Origin: an uncultured Planctomycetota bacterium
GTDB taxonomy: Bacteria > Planctomycetota > Phycisphaerae > Tepidisphaerales > Tepidisphaeraceae
DNA: 64,000 nt
Assembly (NCBI GenBank): GCA_963841915.1
Contig: CAWJEN010000006.1
Location: forward strand, 896,001-960,000
Reading direction: 5' to 3'
The position numbers and the translations under genes were made by a program. Shown here piece by piece: positions 49,703 through 62,159 of this stretch; position 1 is the first letter of the stretch; the number at the start of each line of letters is the position of its first letter. The notes beneath the pieces were generated by a model. The model was given only the letters and a program-made list of their open reading frames with translations. It was not told the origin of the DNA and ran no database searches.

Positions 49703-50077
49703 CTACTTGGCCGGTAGCACCGCGTCCTTCGCCGGCTTGGCGATGCGGAACTTGAGCGCCTTGCTGGCGGGCTTCTTCACCGGCTCACCCGTCTGCGGGT
49801 TGCGGAATGTGCGCGGGCCACGCTTGACGATGATGAGCTTACCGATTCCGGGGACCGTGAAGCCCTTTTCGTTCTTCTTCGCCTGGAGGTAGGCCAGGTC
49901 GGCCTGCTCTTCGAAGAAGGAGCGGGCCTGCTGCTTGCTAATGCCGACCTTGTCGGCCATGTAAGCGTAAATCTCGTTCTTGGTCATCGGCTTGTTCGGA
50001 CTTGGTGCCTTGGCCGGAGCGGCCTTCTTGACGACCTTCTTGACCGCCTTGGTGACCTTCTTGACTACTTTTGCCAT
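49703..50077 (-). CDS. HU family DNA-binding protein with Lys-rich N-terminal extension
   Basis: MTKNEIY, PGIGKL, RNPQTGE, KFRIAKPAKD. Confidence 0.9.
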   Translation of the reverse strand: MAKVVKKVTKAVKKVVKKAAPAKAPSPNKPMTKNEIYAYMADKVGISKQQARSFFEEQADLAYLQAKKNEKGFTVPGIGKLIIVKRGPRTFRNPQTGEPVKKPASKALKFRIAKPAKDAVLPAK

Positions 50078-50230
50078 GGTGGCTTCCTTGAAAAAGGTGG
50101 ATGTGCTGTTTCCACCCGCCGCACTCGACGGGTTAGATATTGAAAGTATCGGGAAAATCCGCCCGTTCAATGCAATCTGCGCCCCCGCGACAGAAATAAA
50201 TCGCTCGCATTCCCCAAATCAAGAGCCGAA

Positions 50231-51440
<1,210 letters not shown>

Positions 51441-51448
51441 GCCAGACT

Positions 51449-53339
51449 CTACCGCCGACGCCGCAAAAGCAGTCCGCCGAGCGACACGACGGCCAGTGAC
51501 GCCGGTTCAGGCACCGTCGCGGCCCAAGCGTCCATCGCCGCCAACTCTTGCAGGCTGCCGCCGAAGTTAGCTCGCAGGACTGCAAAATCGAGAATCGAGA
51601 CGGTGCCGTCGAGGTTGAAGTCCGACGCCGCTCGGCCGCTTGTGCCGAATTCGCTGCGAAGCACGGCAAAGTCGAGAATGCTGACGGTGCCGTCGAAGTT
51701 GGCGTCTCCGTTCAGGAGCCGAAGAGGCTTGAGAATCGCGGCATCTGCCGTGTAGGTGATGTCAAAGGCAAGGCCCGTCAGTCCGAGCGTGTCGATGATC
51801 CCGTCGAACGTGCCGAGCAGATTGTCAGCGTCAATGATGGTGAACGCATCACCCGGCAGCGGCTGGAAGCCGTCGATTGCAGTGACGACCAGGTCGCCGT
51901 CAACGTTTACCGCGCCGTCGATTTGCAGCGAATCAAAGCTGCCGTTCAGAAGGCCTCCGAGCTCGATATTGAGCGTGCTGTTTGTGCCGAGCGTGACGTC
52001 GCCGCCGAAGTTGACGGCAGCGGGGGAATTTCCGGGCTGGAAGTTGCCGAGGAAGACGACGTCGCCGCTGCCGGTGTAATTGCCGTCGCCGCTGGCGTTG
52101 TCGAACAGCGTGACGCTGCTTCCCGCAGCAACTTGCACCTCACCGAGATTGATGAAATTGCCTCGTACGGCCAAGTCTGCGTCGCCGCTGACGCCGACGG
52201 TGCCGTTGTTGGTGAAGAAGGCGTTGTTCTGGGTCAACACCTCGCTGTTGCCCCCGACGAATCCGATCGTGCCGCCGTTGAAGAGGAAGTCGGCGCGAAT
52301 GGTCGCGTCGCGGGCGAGGATGGACGCACTGCTGTCCACCAGCTCGATGCCACCCTGATCGAGAACGAGCGACCCGCCGTTGATGCTGGTTTGGCCGTTG
52401 AACGTGCTGGTCTGCTGATCGCTGTTGATGCGAAGCGTTTGGCCGTTGTTGATGTCGATGGTCGACCCGAAGTTCGACAGTATGGTGCCGTTGACAATGC
52501 CCCCGCCTGTAAACGAGCCTCCATCGATGATCTCAATGGCACGCCCGGAGCCAAACGGTGGTGGCGAGATGCTTCCGCCGTCGAGGCTGAAACGGCCGCC
52601 GATGGCGACGCTGCCGAGGAGGCGGGCACCGTCAGCAAAGCTCGCTGACGAGCCTTGAAACACGCGCAGCTCTCCAAACGACGCGCCACCCAGGTCTAAG
52701 ACATCGATCGTGGTGCCCACACCCGTAGCCGACAGTTCGATCTGACCGGTCGGGCCATTGTCGAACTGGTTGCCGAGCGTCAAGTCGCGGAACCGGCCCG
52801 TAGCACCGTCGGCAAAGGATAGATTGACGCAGCGCCGTCGGCGGTACGACCAGCTGGGTCTGCGCCATCTGCAGGAGCGAACCTGCACCGTCGACACGCA
52901 CGATCGCGGTGCTGTTGAAGGACGGCACCAAGAACTGAACATTGTTAAGCACCCGCAGCTCTCCGCCGTTGGTGATGTTGACGAACCCGCTGTTGCCGCC
53001 ATTGTCGAAGGGTTCCGATCCGAGGAGCAGGCTGTTCGCGACGACGCTGCTGCCAAAGCCGTCGATATCGAGCACGCCCGGGGCGGCAAAGGTGCCGACC
53101 TGCACCGTCTCTACACGTGCGGTCGCACCGTCGAGCACCTCTAGCCGGCCCGAGGGGCCGGTGCCGATGACAAAGTCACTAGAAAGGTCGTTGATCACTC
53201 CGCCGAGCGAGCCGTTGACAGACGATCCGCCGAAGTCGACACCGCCTGAGGCGACGATGTCAGGAGCAGCTTGGACGGACACGACAGCCGGCAGAAGCAC
53301 GGCCGCGGCTGCGAGGGCAACGGGGTGACGCATTCTCAT
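51449..53339 (-). CDS. PEP-CTERM protein with beta-strand passenger-like repeats and dockerin-like duplicated repeat (apparent frameshift near 52840)
   Basis: Signal peptide ORF 52632-53339 continues in ORF 51449-53089. PGNSP motif, GDANFDGTVSILDF / SDFNLDGTVSILDF, VPEPASLAVVSLGGLLLRRRR. Confidence 0.8.
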
Positions 53340-53400
53340 AGCGACGCGAATCTACCACAGATGCGAGGCTTCTGCACGCGTTAGCGCTATCTTCATCGGC

Positions 53401-54084
53401 ATGACCGACGGCTTTTTGGTCCTCGACAAGCCCGCCGGCCTCTCGTCCGCCAAGGCGCTTAACAACGTCAAACGTCGCTTCGGCAAGGGCGTCAAGGTCG
53501 GACACGCCGGGACGCTTGATCCTTTTGCCACCGGTTGCCTGGTCGTGCTTGTCGGCCGCGGTACCAAGGCCAGCGATCGCGTCATGACGCTGTCCAAGGG
53601 CTACATCGCTGACGTTAAAGTTGGCGTCACGACGGCCACCTTCGACACCGAAACCGAAGAAACAGAAGGGCCGGCCATCGCTGAGCCGTCGCGGGCGAAG
53701 CTGGACGCGCTTTGCGACGCGGCCGTCGGTGAGGTGATGCAGCGACCGCCTGCGTTCAGCGCGATCAAAGTCGGCGGAAGGCGGGCCTACGACCTCGCAC
53801 GCGACGGGGCAGCCGTCGAGCTGCCGCCGCGTGCGGTGCAGGTCTACGCGATGAAGGTGCTCGACGTGGCGTGGCCGAAGGTTCGCGTCGAAATGCTCGT
53901 CGGCAAGGGCTTTTACGTCCGCAGCTTCGCCCGTGACTTCGCAGAACTGCTCGGAACCGTCGGCTACCTGACCAGCCTCCGCCGCACGCACGTCGGCCCG
54001 TTTCAAGCAGACAACGCGTCCGGCGTCGATGGTGACTTGCTGCCGCTGTCGACGTTGGATGATTGGAAGCAGCAGGCCCCCTGA
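53401..54084 (+). CDS. truB: tRNA pseudouridine(55) synthase
   Basis: LDKPAG, KVGHAGTLDPFATG, QRPPAFSAIKVGG, KGFYVRS, LRRT. Confidence 0.95.
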   Translation: MTDGFLVLDKPAGLSSAKALNNVKRRFGKGVKVGHAGTLDPFATGCLVVLVGRGTKASDRVMTLSKGYIADVKVGVTTATFDTETEETEGPAIAEPSRAKLDALCDAAVGEVMQRPPAFSAIKVGGRRAYDLARDGAAVELPPRAVQVYAMKVLDVAWPKVRVEMLVGKGFYVRSFARDFAELLGTVGYLTSLRRTHVGPFQADNASGVDGDLLPLSTLDDWKQQAP

Positions 54085-54163
54085 GCCGCGGTTTCACGGA
54101 CCACGGTTCAGGGCCGCTATAAGTTCGACGCAGGATGATCCTGTCTGACTTCGACAGATGTCA

Positions 54164-55210
54164 CTACAGCTTCGCCCGCTGCTCTTTCACCGCATCAATG
54201 AGGGCTTTCTGCGGCTTGGCGAACTTGGAGATGCCTTCTTCCATGAGAAAGTCCTCCATCGCCTGCAGATCGACCTCGTCGTCCAGCTCGGCCAGCACCT
54301 CATCGCTCGGCAGCTGATCGACCGTCTTTGCGTACGTCCCGGACCCGTCGGCGATCGCATCATTCGTCTCCGGCGGGTTCGTCTGGATGCCGCCGCCTGC
54401 CACATGCTTCGGGTAGTAGTCGTCATCCTGCCAATCGAGCTTCTTGCCCGTCGAGGCGAAGATGATCTCCTGCTCAAGCGGAAGGTTCTTGTCCTTCCAG
54501 AAGCTCTCGTTGTCCGCCCATAACCGCTTGGCATTGACGAGGCCCATCATGCCTTGGGCGTCGTCACTCAGGCCCGGCACCTTCTTCTCCGTATAAACGT
54601 CGACTCGGCTGATGAAGATGGAGTAGACGCTCTTGAACCGGTCGAGCCCGTTCTTTCGCTTCTGAGCCCCGCGCCAGACGGCATCGCGGGCTGCCTGGTA
54701 CTGCCGCTCGGTGAAGATCAGCGTCACATTCAGCGTCAATCCGTCGGCGGCGAGCGTTTCCAACGCCTCGAGCCCGGCAGGCGTGGCGGGCACCTTGATC
54801 ATGCGGTTCGTGTACCCGCTGCCCCAGTATCGGCCGAGGCTGATGTAACGGCTGACCCGCTCGTCGTGCGGCATGTCCGCTTCGGGGTCCTCGATCAGCG
54901 GGTCCAGCTCGAAGCTGACCCAACCGTCATTGCATTTGGTCCGCTCCCAGACGGGTTGGAACTGCTCTTGAGCCTTAGAAACGAGGTAGTCGCACATCAT
55001 CCACGCTGCCGACGTGTCGGTGGCGTTCTCGAGCATCGACTTCATGGTGTCGTCGAAGCGGCCACTCTTGATGAGGGCCGAGATGATAGCGGGATTGCTG
55101 GTGGCCCCGGTGATGCCGCGCTTGATGTTGGCCGTGACCTCGTCGGGATCGACGCTGTCGAGCCAGAGTTTGGTGCCGGTGTCGACGAGGCTTTGGAGTG
55201 CGTTGCTCAT
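54164..55210 (-). CDS. tal: Transaldolase family protein
   Basis: [47 protein letters not shown]. Confidence 0.9.
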   Translation of the reverse strand: MSNALQSLVDTGTKLWLDSVDPDEVTANIKRGITGATSNPAIISALIKSGRFDDTMKSMLENATDTSAAWMMCDYLVSKAQEQFQPVWERTKCNDGWVSFELDPLIEDPEADMPHDERVSRYISLGRYWGSGYTNRMIKVPATPAGLEALETLAADGLTLNVTLIFTERQYQAARDAVWRGAQKRKNGLDRFKSVYSIFISRVDVYTEKKVPGLSDDAQGMMGLVNAKRLWADNESFWKDKNLPLEQEIIFASTGKKLDWQDDDYYPKHVAGGGIQTNPPETNDAIADGSGTYAKTVDQLPSDEVLAELDDEVDLQAMEDFLMEEGISKFAKPQKALIDAVKEQRAKL

Positions 55211-55312
55211 GGGCGGCAGCGTACTGCAAGGCCCGCAATCCCGCCGCCCTTGGAACTGCGACACGTGTCGGTTGCCGACTCGTACACCGGCGCTATAGTC
55301 GCCGCCCCAAAC

Positions 55313-55394
55313 GGGAGTGTACCGAAGTGGACAAACGGGTCTGACTGTAAATCAGATGGCTACGCCTTCGGGGGTTCGAATCCCTCCGCTCCCA
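55313..55394 (+). tRNA. tRNA-Tyr(GTA)
   Basis: GGGAGTG/CGCTCCC acceptor stem, TCTGA-CTGTAAA-TCAGA anticodon arm, long variable arm, GGTTCGAATCC. Upstream TTGCCG-N16-TATAGT promoter. Confidence 0.96.
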
Positions 55395-55403
55395 TAGACG
55401 CAC

Positions 55404-55429
55404 AAAGCCCCGCACTTTGCGGGGCTTTT
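55404..55429. terminator. Bidirectional terminator
   Basis: AAAGCCCCGCA-CTT-TGCGGGGCTTTT. Confidence 0.85.
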
Positions 55430-55436
55430 GCTTGGG

Positions 55437-56162
55437 CTACCGGAAAAGCGGACGGACCAGCAAAGCTACGCCAAAGACCGGGGCCGCAAATGCCGCGGCG
55501 GCGGTGCCTCCGACGATGAGTGCCGCGTCACCGACAACCGCAACCGGCAGGCCGACGGTGCCGACGACGGCCCGGTACGTCTTGTCGCCGCCGGTGGTCT
55601 CAAAGCTCGACGGAATGATCATCGCGTAAGCAAAGGCCGGCACTGCCGGCTGGCTCGTCGCGTCGCTGGTTGGCACACGGTAAAGGACGACCGACGCATT
55701 GTCCGTCAGAGGCAGCACTGTGCCGTCGGGGCGCGTGTACGGCTCGATGACGATGCCCGCATCCGTCACGGCCCGAGCCGTCTGCCTCAGCTTTGTCGCG
55801 GCGGCGTCGAGGCGCTGCACCTCGTCTGCACCCAGATCACGAATGGCCTGACGAATGTCCTTGCGGCCGTCGAGGACCGCCTGTGCGTCGAGCTCGGCCG
55901 GTGGGGCAAAATCGTTTCCTAGTGGCAAGACGACCCATCGCCGAGCGTCGAAGAGGAAGTCGAAGTTGCCAAGCCGCGGGCGTAGGACAAGCACCGGCCC
56001 CGTCTCGGCCTCAACAACATACGCAGGAGCCGTCGGCCGCGTGCCCAGGACGTCTGCGTCGCCGTAAGCATAACTGGCCGTCTGTCCGGTGAAACAGCCG
56101 GTTGTCACCAGTGTCAGCGGGATCAGGCACAGGCATAGAAGGCGCGTCGGCAGGCGTGGCAT
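55437..56162 (-). CDS. Hypothetical lipoprotein
   Basis: Lipobox-like TTGC and hydrophobic C-terminus. Confidence 0.65.
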   Translation of the reverse strand: MPRLPTRLLCLCLIPLTLVTTGCFTGQTASYAYGDADVLGTRPTAPAYVVEAETGPVLVLRPRLGNFDFLFDARRWVVLPLGNDFAPPAELDAQAVLDGRKDIRQAIRDLGADEVQRLDAAATKLRQTARAVTDAGIVIEPYTRPDGTVLPLTDNASVVLYRVPTSDATSQPAVPAFAYAMIIPSSFETTGGDKTYRAVVGTVGLPVAVVGDAALIVGGTAAAAFAAPVFGVALLVRPLFR

Positions 56163-56186
56163 GGCCGGCACTGTACTGCGGTTGAC

Positions 56187-56888
56187 TCAGGAGGCGATGT
56201 ACTGCTCGTGGTGCGAGAGGTCGCCGCGGGCACGCGCCTCGAGCTGACGCATCCGGTCGTCCACCCGACGGGCGACTTCGAGTTGACGGTCCAGCGTCGT
56301 CGATAGCTCACCGAGCGAGCGGCTGCGGTCCACCGACTTGGCCATGGCGGCGGCGGTCAGCACACGATCGACGCCTGCCTCCAGTGCGTCTGCCGCCGGT
56401 CCGGCATCGAGCACGAGCGTGTCCCGCTCCTGATAAATCGTCTCGCGGGCCGAGTCGGTCGCAAGCTCCCGGGCGGCCAGCGTCAGGTCGAACGCGTCCT
56501 GCAGCGACGAGGCAGTCGTGTCGAAGAGCTCGCGAAGCTTGTGCCCCAGCTCCTGCGGATCATCAATGGGCACCCGATCGAGCTTCGGCCGCAGCTTACC
56601 GAGTCGGTCGACAAGGCTCGCAATGACGAACGCCCCTTTGACCTTGGCCCGCATCTCCAGATCGTCGAGGTCGCGCTGCCGAAACCGAGTCGCCGGACCT
56701 GCCGCGGGTGCTGCCGTTGCCTGCTGCCGGACGCTCATGCCGAAGAGCGTGCCCACACCCGCACCAATCGCAAGGCAACCGGCCGCCACGGGTATCAGCC
56801 AAGAGAACGCCAAGCCTCCGACCGCGACGGCAACGCCACCCACCACCAGAAAGCCACTGGCTATGCGCGTGCTGGTTGAGGTCGGCAT
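56187..56888 (-). CDS. Hypothetical membrane-anchored coiled-coil protein
   Basis: Two N-terminal TM segments followed by a helical region. The ORF-track 5' extension through the parS cassette was trimmed. Confidence 0.7.
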   Translation of the reverse strand: MPTSTSTRIASGFLVVGGVAVAVGGLAFSWLIPVAAGCLAIGAGVGTLFGMSVRQQATAAPAAGPATRFRQRDLDDLEMRAKVKGAFVIASLVDRLGKLRPKLDRVPIDDPQELGHKLRELFDTTASSLQDAFDLTLAARELATDSARETIYQERDTLVLDAGPAADALEAGVDRVLTAAAMAKSVDRSRSLGELSTTLDRQLEVARRVDDRMRQLEARARGDLSHHEQYIAS

Positions 56889-56939
56889 GACCGACTTTAG
56901 CGCTGCGCCGCGGCGGCCACGCGGGTCGGCGAATGCGAA

Positions 56940-56955
56940 TGTTCCACGTGGAACA
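56940..56955. promoter_or_regulatory. parS: parS centromere site
   Basis: TGTTCCACGTGGAACA. The palindrome extends to 26 bp (56935-56960). Confidence 0.9.
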
Positions 56956-57015
56956 TTCGCCGCGAGGGCAAATCGTCGATGGGCGGTCGTGGCGAGGGTG
57001 CGAGAACCTTCAGAC

Positions 57016-57031
57016 TGTTCCACGTGGAACA
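57016..57031. promoter_or_regulatory. parS: parS centromere site
   Basis: TGTTCCACGTGGAACA. Confidence 0.9.
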
Positions 57032-57186
57032 ATTTCGCGTCTTCGACTGCGTCGGCGGGTCGTCGGCCGTCCGTGATGGTGTGGTAGCTGGTGCGCACAG
57101 GATTACGAAGAAAGGGCGCGGCGGGTCGTCGCTACTGCGGGTCTTTGCTGCACGAAACCACCTGCGCCGCCGCGGCCGCCGCGGCG

Positions 57187-57850
57187 CTACGTCGCCCGGC
57201 CGGCAAGATCGACGATCTGGTCGATCACTTCGTCCTGCGTCAGGCTCGTCGTGTCGACCGCCGTCGCACCCGTCGCTTGGATGAGCGGGGCGATCTTGCG
57301 GTTGGCGTCGCGGCCGTCCCGTTCGATCATCTCGCGCAGGATCTCGCGCTCGTCGACGATCTCGCCACGGTCGCGAAGCTGCGTGCGCACGCCGCCTGGC
57401 CCGTTCGGCCGGGTCGGCGGTGAGAAACACCTTCACAGCCGCGTCAGGAAAAACGACGCTGCCCTGATCGCGACCTTCGGTGACCAAACCTGCCCTGCGG
57501 AAGTTGTGGCCGATCTCCCGCTGCTGTTCGACGAGCCGCTGGCGGATCTCGGGAACCGTCGCGACGTAGCTGGCGGCCCGCGTTGCGTCGCCGCCACGGA
57601 GCAGGTGACCGACCGGCTCGCCGTTGAGCAACACGCCCGGCGGGTCCTTGTCCCACACGAACTCGATACGGCAGTGCTGCGCGACGAAGGCCAACTCGCG
57701 TGGATCGTCAAGGTCAGCCTCCCGGCGGATGGCCTCGAGTCCGATCGCCCGGTACATGGCCCCCGTGTCGAGGAAGTCGAAGCCGAGCCGAGCGGCCACC
57801 GCTCGCGCGACGGAGCTTTTGCCCGTGCCTGCCGGGCCGTCGATCGTCAC
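57187..57850 (-). CDS. cmk: Cytidylate kinase, apparent frameshift near 57385
   Basis: VTIDGPAGTGKS, LDTGAMYR, EGRDQGSVVFP, ERARRR, then shifted frame QLRDRGE...IERDGRDANRKIAPL. Start may lie ~30 nt further upstream. Confidence 0.92.
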
Positions 57851-58031
57851 GATGATGCCGCCGCTCGGGTGCTGCCACGATCGCAGTATGGCGGGGCAGG
57901 TGCGCCGGTTCCACCTTTGGCGACTTTCCGGCATGAAGTGTCGCTGTGCGGTGACGAAGAAATAGAACGACCTCGTCCAAGGGACGAGGTCGCTTGTTTT
58001 CATCAGCCTCGAGCGAGGCGAAGCGTCAGCC

Positions 58032-59459
<1,428 letters not shown>

Positions 59460-59772
59460 AGCAGTCTGGGGGTCGATGTGTCGGTTCGCACGCCACCGTC
59501 CGGCCCGGTGCGGGTCGGATCAACGGCAGGTCGTGCGTGACGACTGGCCTCATCGGTAGCGATCGAGGGCCCCTCGCAGAAAGCGAAGACATCGACGGTG
59601 CGGGAAGACAGTCCGGATGCAGGCAATGCCTGTGTCCGCCGCATGCTACGCACGCCAAGCCGGCAGAGTTCAGGAGCGGGTGAAAGTTCCGGCCGGGCGG
59701 CAAGCGTATCGGCGATCTGGTGCCACGCCTTCTCCCGAAGACGAAGGTGTGTCGATGGGCGTCGGCGAGCAC

Positions 59773-59802
59773 AAAAAAGCCGCGACCGATTGGCCGCGGC
59801 TT
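59773..59802 (-). terminator. Intrinsic terminator
   Basis: AAAAAAGCCGCG...CGCGGCTT downstream of the metalloprotease gene. Confidence 0.75.
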
Positions 59803-59822
59803 CTAAGGGTAAGCACAAACGT

Positions 59823-61358
59823 TCAGCTGCGACGACGACGCAGCATAGCCAATCCGCCGAGGCCCAGCAGTGCAAGCGACGTCGGCTCCGGCACGTTGGC
59901 GGCGTAGAAGGCGTCGAGGGCGGCAAGGCCATTCTGCGTCGCACCGAAGTTGGCCCGCAGGATGGCAAAGTCGAGGATGCTGACCGTGCCGTCACCATTG
60001 AAGTCGCCCAGGGCGAATGTGGCATTCTCGGCCAAACCGAAGTTGGCCCGCAGGATGGCAAAGTCGAGGATCGAAACGGTGCCGTCGCCGTTGGCGTCGC
60101 CGGGCAAGACCGGGTCGGCCACGCTCACGCCGCTGATGTTGAGCGAGTAGAGCTGCAACCGGTCTTGCGAACCGGTGACGCGGGCGAAGTAGGTGCCGAC
60201 GGTGTCGAGCAGGATGTCGTCGATGACTTCACCGAGGCCGTTACCGTTGAGGTCGAAGCTGGCCAGCAGCGTGCTGCCGTCGATGTCGAAGAGCTCGAGG
60301 GCCAGGTCGTTGTCGTCGCTGGTGTCAAACGACGACTGGCTGCCGGAGTTTTGCGCACCTTGGCGGTAGGTCGGTCCCAGCGGCTCGAGGACGAGGTCGA
60401 CGAGCGACGAGTTCGTGATGTCGAAGGCGAAGACGTCGCTGTCGGTGATGCCGTCGATGCTGACGAAGTCGACTTCGTTGGCTTCGATGCGGGTGCCGGT
60501 GTTGCCGTCAAGACCGACGGCAACCTGGCTGTCGGTGGCGACGCCGAGGGATGTCGCGGTGGCGAAGGTGTCGTTACCGCCGTTCTTTTCGAGGCGGTCG
60601 CCGTAGCCGCGGTGCAGGGCGCGCAGGTCGTCCATCTGCGGGCCGTCGAAGTTGAGGTTGATGAACGGCTCCATCAGGAACGACGCGTTGTCGCTTTCTA
60701 CGTGGCTCATACCCAGGCCGTGACCGTGCTCGTGCATGAGGACGTTGCGCAGGGCCAGCGAGTTGCCCGCGGTGGACGAGTAGAAGTTGACGTCGCCTGT
60801 GTCGAGCGTCATGTCGCCACCCGACGTGGCAAAGAAGTTGCTGGCCAGGACGCCGCTGTTGCCGTCGCGGAAGCTGCCACCGATGCGGACGTCTGCGCGG
60901 ACGCCGAGCTGCCCGTTGAAGACAGAGTTGGAGAGACCCGAGCCGTCGTCGTTGGCCTCGTAGACGTAACTGACGCCGCCGAGCTGGCTCCAACGGTCGA
61001 AGGCCTGCTCAAAGGGGGCGAACCACGGGCGCTGGGTCAGGTCGCTGCCACCGGGGCCGCTGCCTCGGATGCCGTCGAGGAAGCTGATGAGGTCGTTTGT
61101 GCCGTCGATCCACGGGGTGCCTTGATCGACAAAGCCCCACGTGAGGGTGATGCCGTCACCGCGTTGGATGCCGTTGCCGTCGGTGGCGGTGCGGTTCCAC
61201 GTGTCGTTGAGAAAGTAGCCGTTTGGTGTCGACGAGCTGACGTGCCCGCAGAAGCCGTCGTGGGCGTGGCCGATGGTCGTATCGCCAGCATTTATGGCAA
61301 AGGCGGCGGGCGTCGCGAGCAGGACGGCGGCAATGGCGGGAGACAGCTTGGCGATCAT
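59823..61358 (-). CDS. Matrixin/M10-type zinc metalloprotease with dockerin-like repeat and PEP-CTERM
   Basis: HEHGHGLGMSH (HExxHxxGxxH), LMEP Met-turn, PPC-like domain, GDANGDGTVSILDF / GDFNGDGTVSILDF, VPEPTSLALLGLGGLAMLRRRRS. Confidence 0.9.
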   Translation of the reverse strand: MIAKLSPAIAAVLLATPAAFAINAGDTTIGHAHDGFCGHVSSSTPNGYFLNDTWNRTATDGNGIQRGDGITLTWGFVDQGTPWIDGTNDLISFLDGIRGSGPGGSDLTQRPWFAPFEQAFDRWSQLGGVSYVYEANDDGSGLSNSVFNGQLGVRADVRIGGSFRDGNSGVLASNFFATSGGDMTLDTGDVNFYSSTAGNSLALRNVLMHEHGHGLGMSHVESDNASFLMEPFINLNFDGPQMDDLRALHRGYGDRLEKNGGNDTFATATSLGVATDSQVAVGLDGNTGTRIEANEVDFVSIDGITDSDVFAFDITNSSLVDLVLEPLGPTYRQGAQNSGSQSSFDTSDDNDLALELFDIDGSTLLASFDLNGNGLGEVIDDILLDTVGTYFARVTGSQDRLQLYSLNISGVSVADPVLPGDANGDGTVSILDFAILRANFGLAENATFALGDFNGDGTVSILDFAILRANFGATQNGLAALDAFYAANVPEPTSLALLGLGGLAMLRRRRS

Positions 61359-61470
61359 GAGAAAGTCGTTCTGGTGCGGAAGGAGGGTCGCAGCTTCAAC
61401 GGCTGAGGCACGGCCGAGCCCTCAGGGTGAAACATGTTCGAACAGTCTCGCCCGCGGGTTCGGTCACTGT

Positions 61471-62046
61471 CTAAGAACCAGGAACTTTTGCCGCATCAGG
61501 CCTGGGTGGTAACGGTTGTGCCGGCAAAGGCGCGATACTACCAGCAAGACGAAGTTCGCCGCGGTACAGATTCGGTCGAGGTTCGGGCGGATCGATCCAC
61601 GCCACCAGCTCATCAAGCCACAGTGCTGCCCGCACCTTGTCCGCCACCTGGGGCCGATGGAACGGGCTCATCGCGTAGCAACCGGCCGCCAGCACGCCGG
61701 CGGCGAGTGCGAGTGTCATGGCGGTCAGCTTCCTGCCGCTCCACAAGAGCAGACGGCCGGCCTGGCGGAGCGTCGTGCAGTCGCCGGTGACGACGGTGCC
61801 GTCGGCCCGCTTCGTCAGTCGCACGCACAATCGCTCACCTGCCGCCTCGTGTCGGGCGACGAGTGACTCCGCCTCTGCCCGCGGCATGTGGCGCAGGTCG
61901 TAGACGTTGAACGAGCACAGTTCGCAGTGCCTGACCGCCGAGTGGCGCTCGCCTGCCACGCGTTTCATTGTGCCCCAATCGACGGTGCACGGCTCTGGAA
62001 TCTCCAGAACCTCAAGGCGGATACTCGGCCTGGTGGCGACGGTCAT
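61471..62046 (-). CDS. Hypothetical protein with Cys-rich N-terminal motif and TM segment
   Basis: IPEPCTVDWGTM...RHCELCSFNVYDL...LCVRL...DGTVVTGDC. Confidence 0.75.
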   Translation of the reverse strand: MTVATRPSIRLEVLEIPEPCTVDWGTMKRVAGERHSAVRHCELCSFNVYDLRHMPRAEAESLVARHEAAGERLCVRLTKRADGTVVTGDCTTLRQAGRLLLWSGRKLTAMTLALAAGVLAAGCYAMSPFHRPQVADKVRAALWLDELVAWIDPPEPRPNLYRGELRLAGSIAPLPAQPLPPRPDAAKVPGS

Positions 62047-62159
62047 GCAAGTGTGACGGGGCAGGCGGCCGCATCTTAACAAAGTCGCAGCTGATCCGCA
62101 GGCTTTGTGTGATGCATGTAAGCGATGACGTCGGGCGGCATTGCGCGAATCGACATGCT

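Larger units (their letters stand above)
56904..57180. repeat. parS-pair cassette, copy 3
   Basis: TGCGCCGCGGCGGCC 56904-56918, parS 56940-56955 and 57016-57031, TGCGTCGGCGGGTCGT 57048-57063, TGCGCCGCCGCGGCCGCC 57163-57180. Confidence 0.85.

Noticed and set aside
55313..56888. Genomic island integrated at tRNA-Tyr
   Set aside because: No integrase, no duplicated tRNA 3' end and no composition shift.
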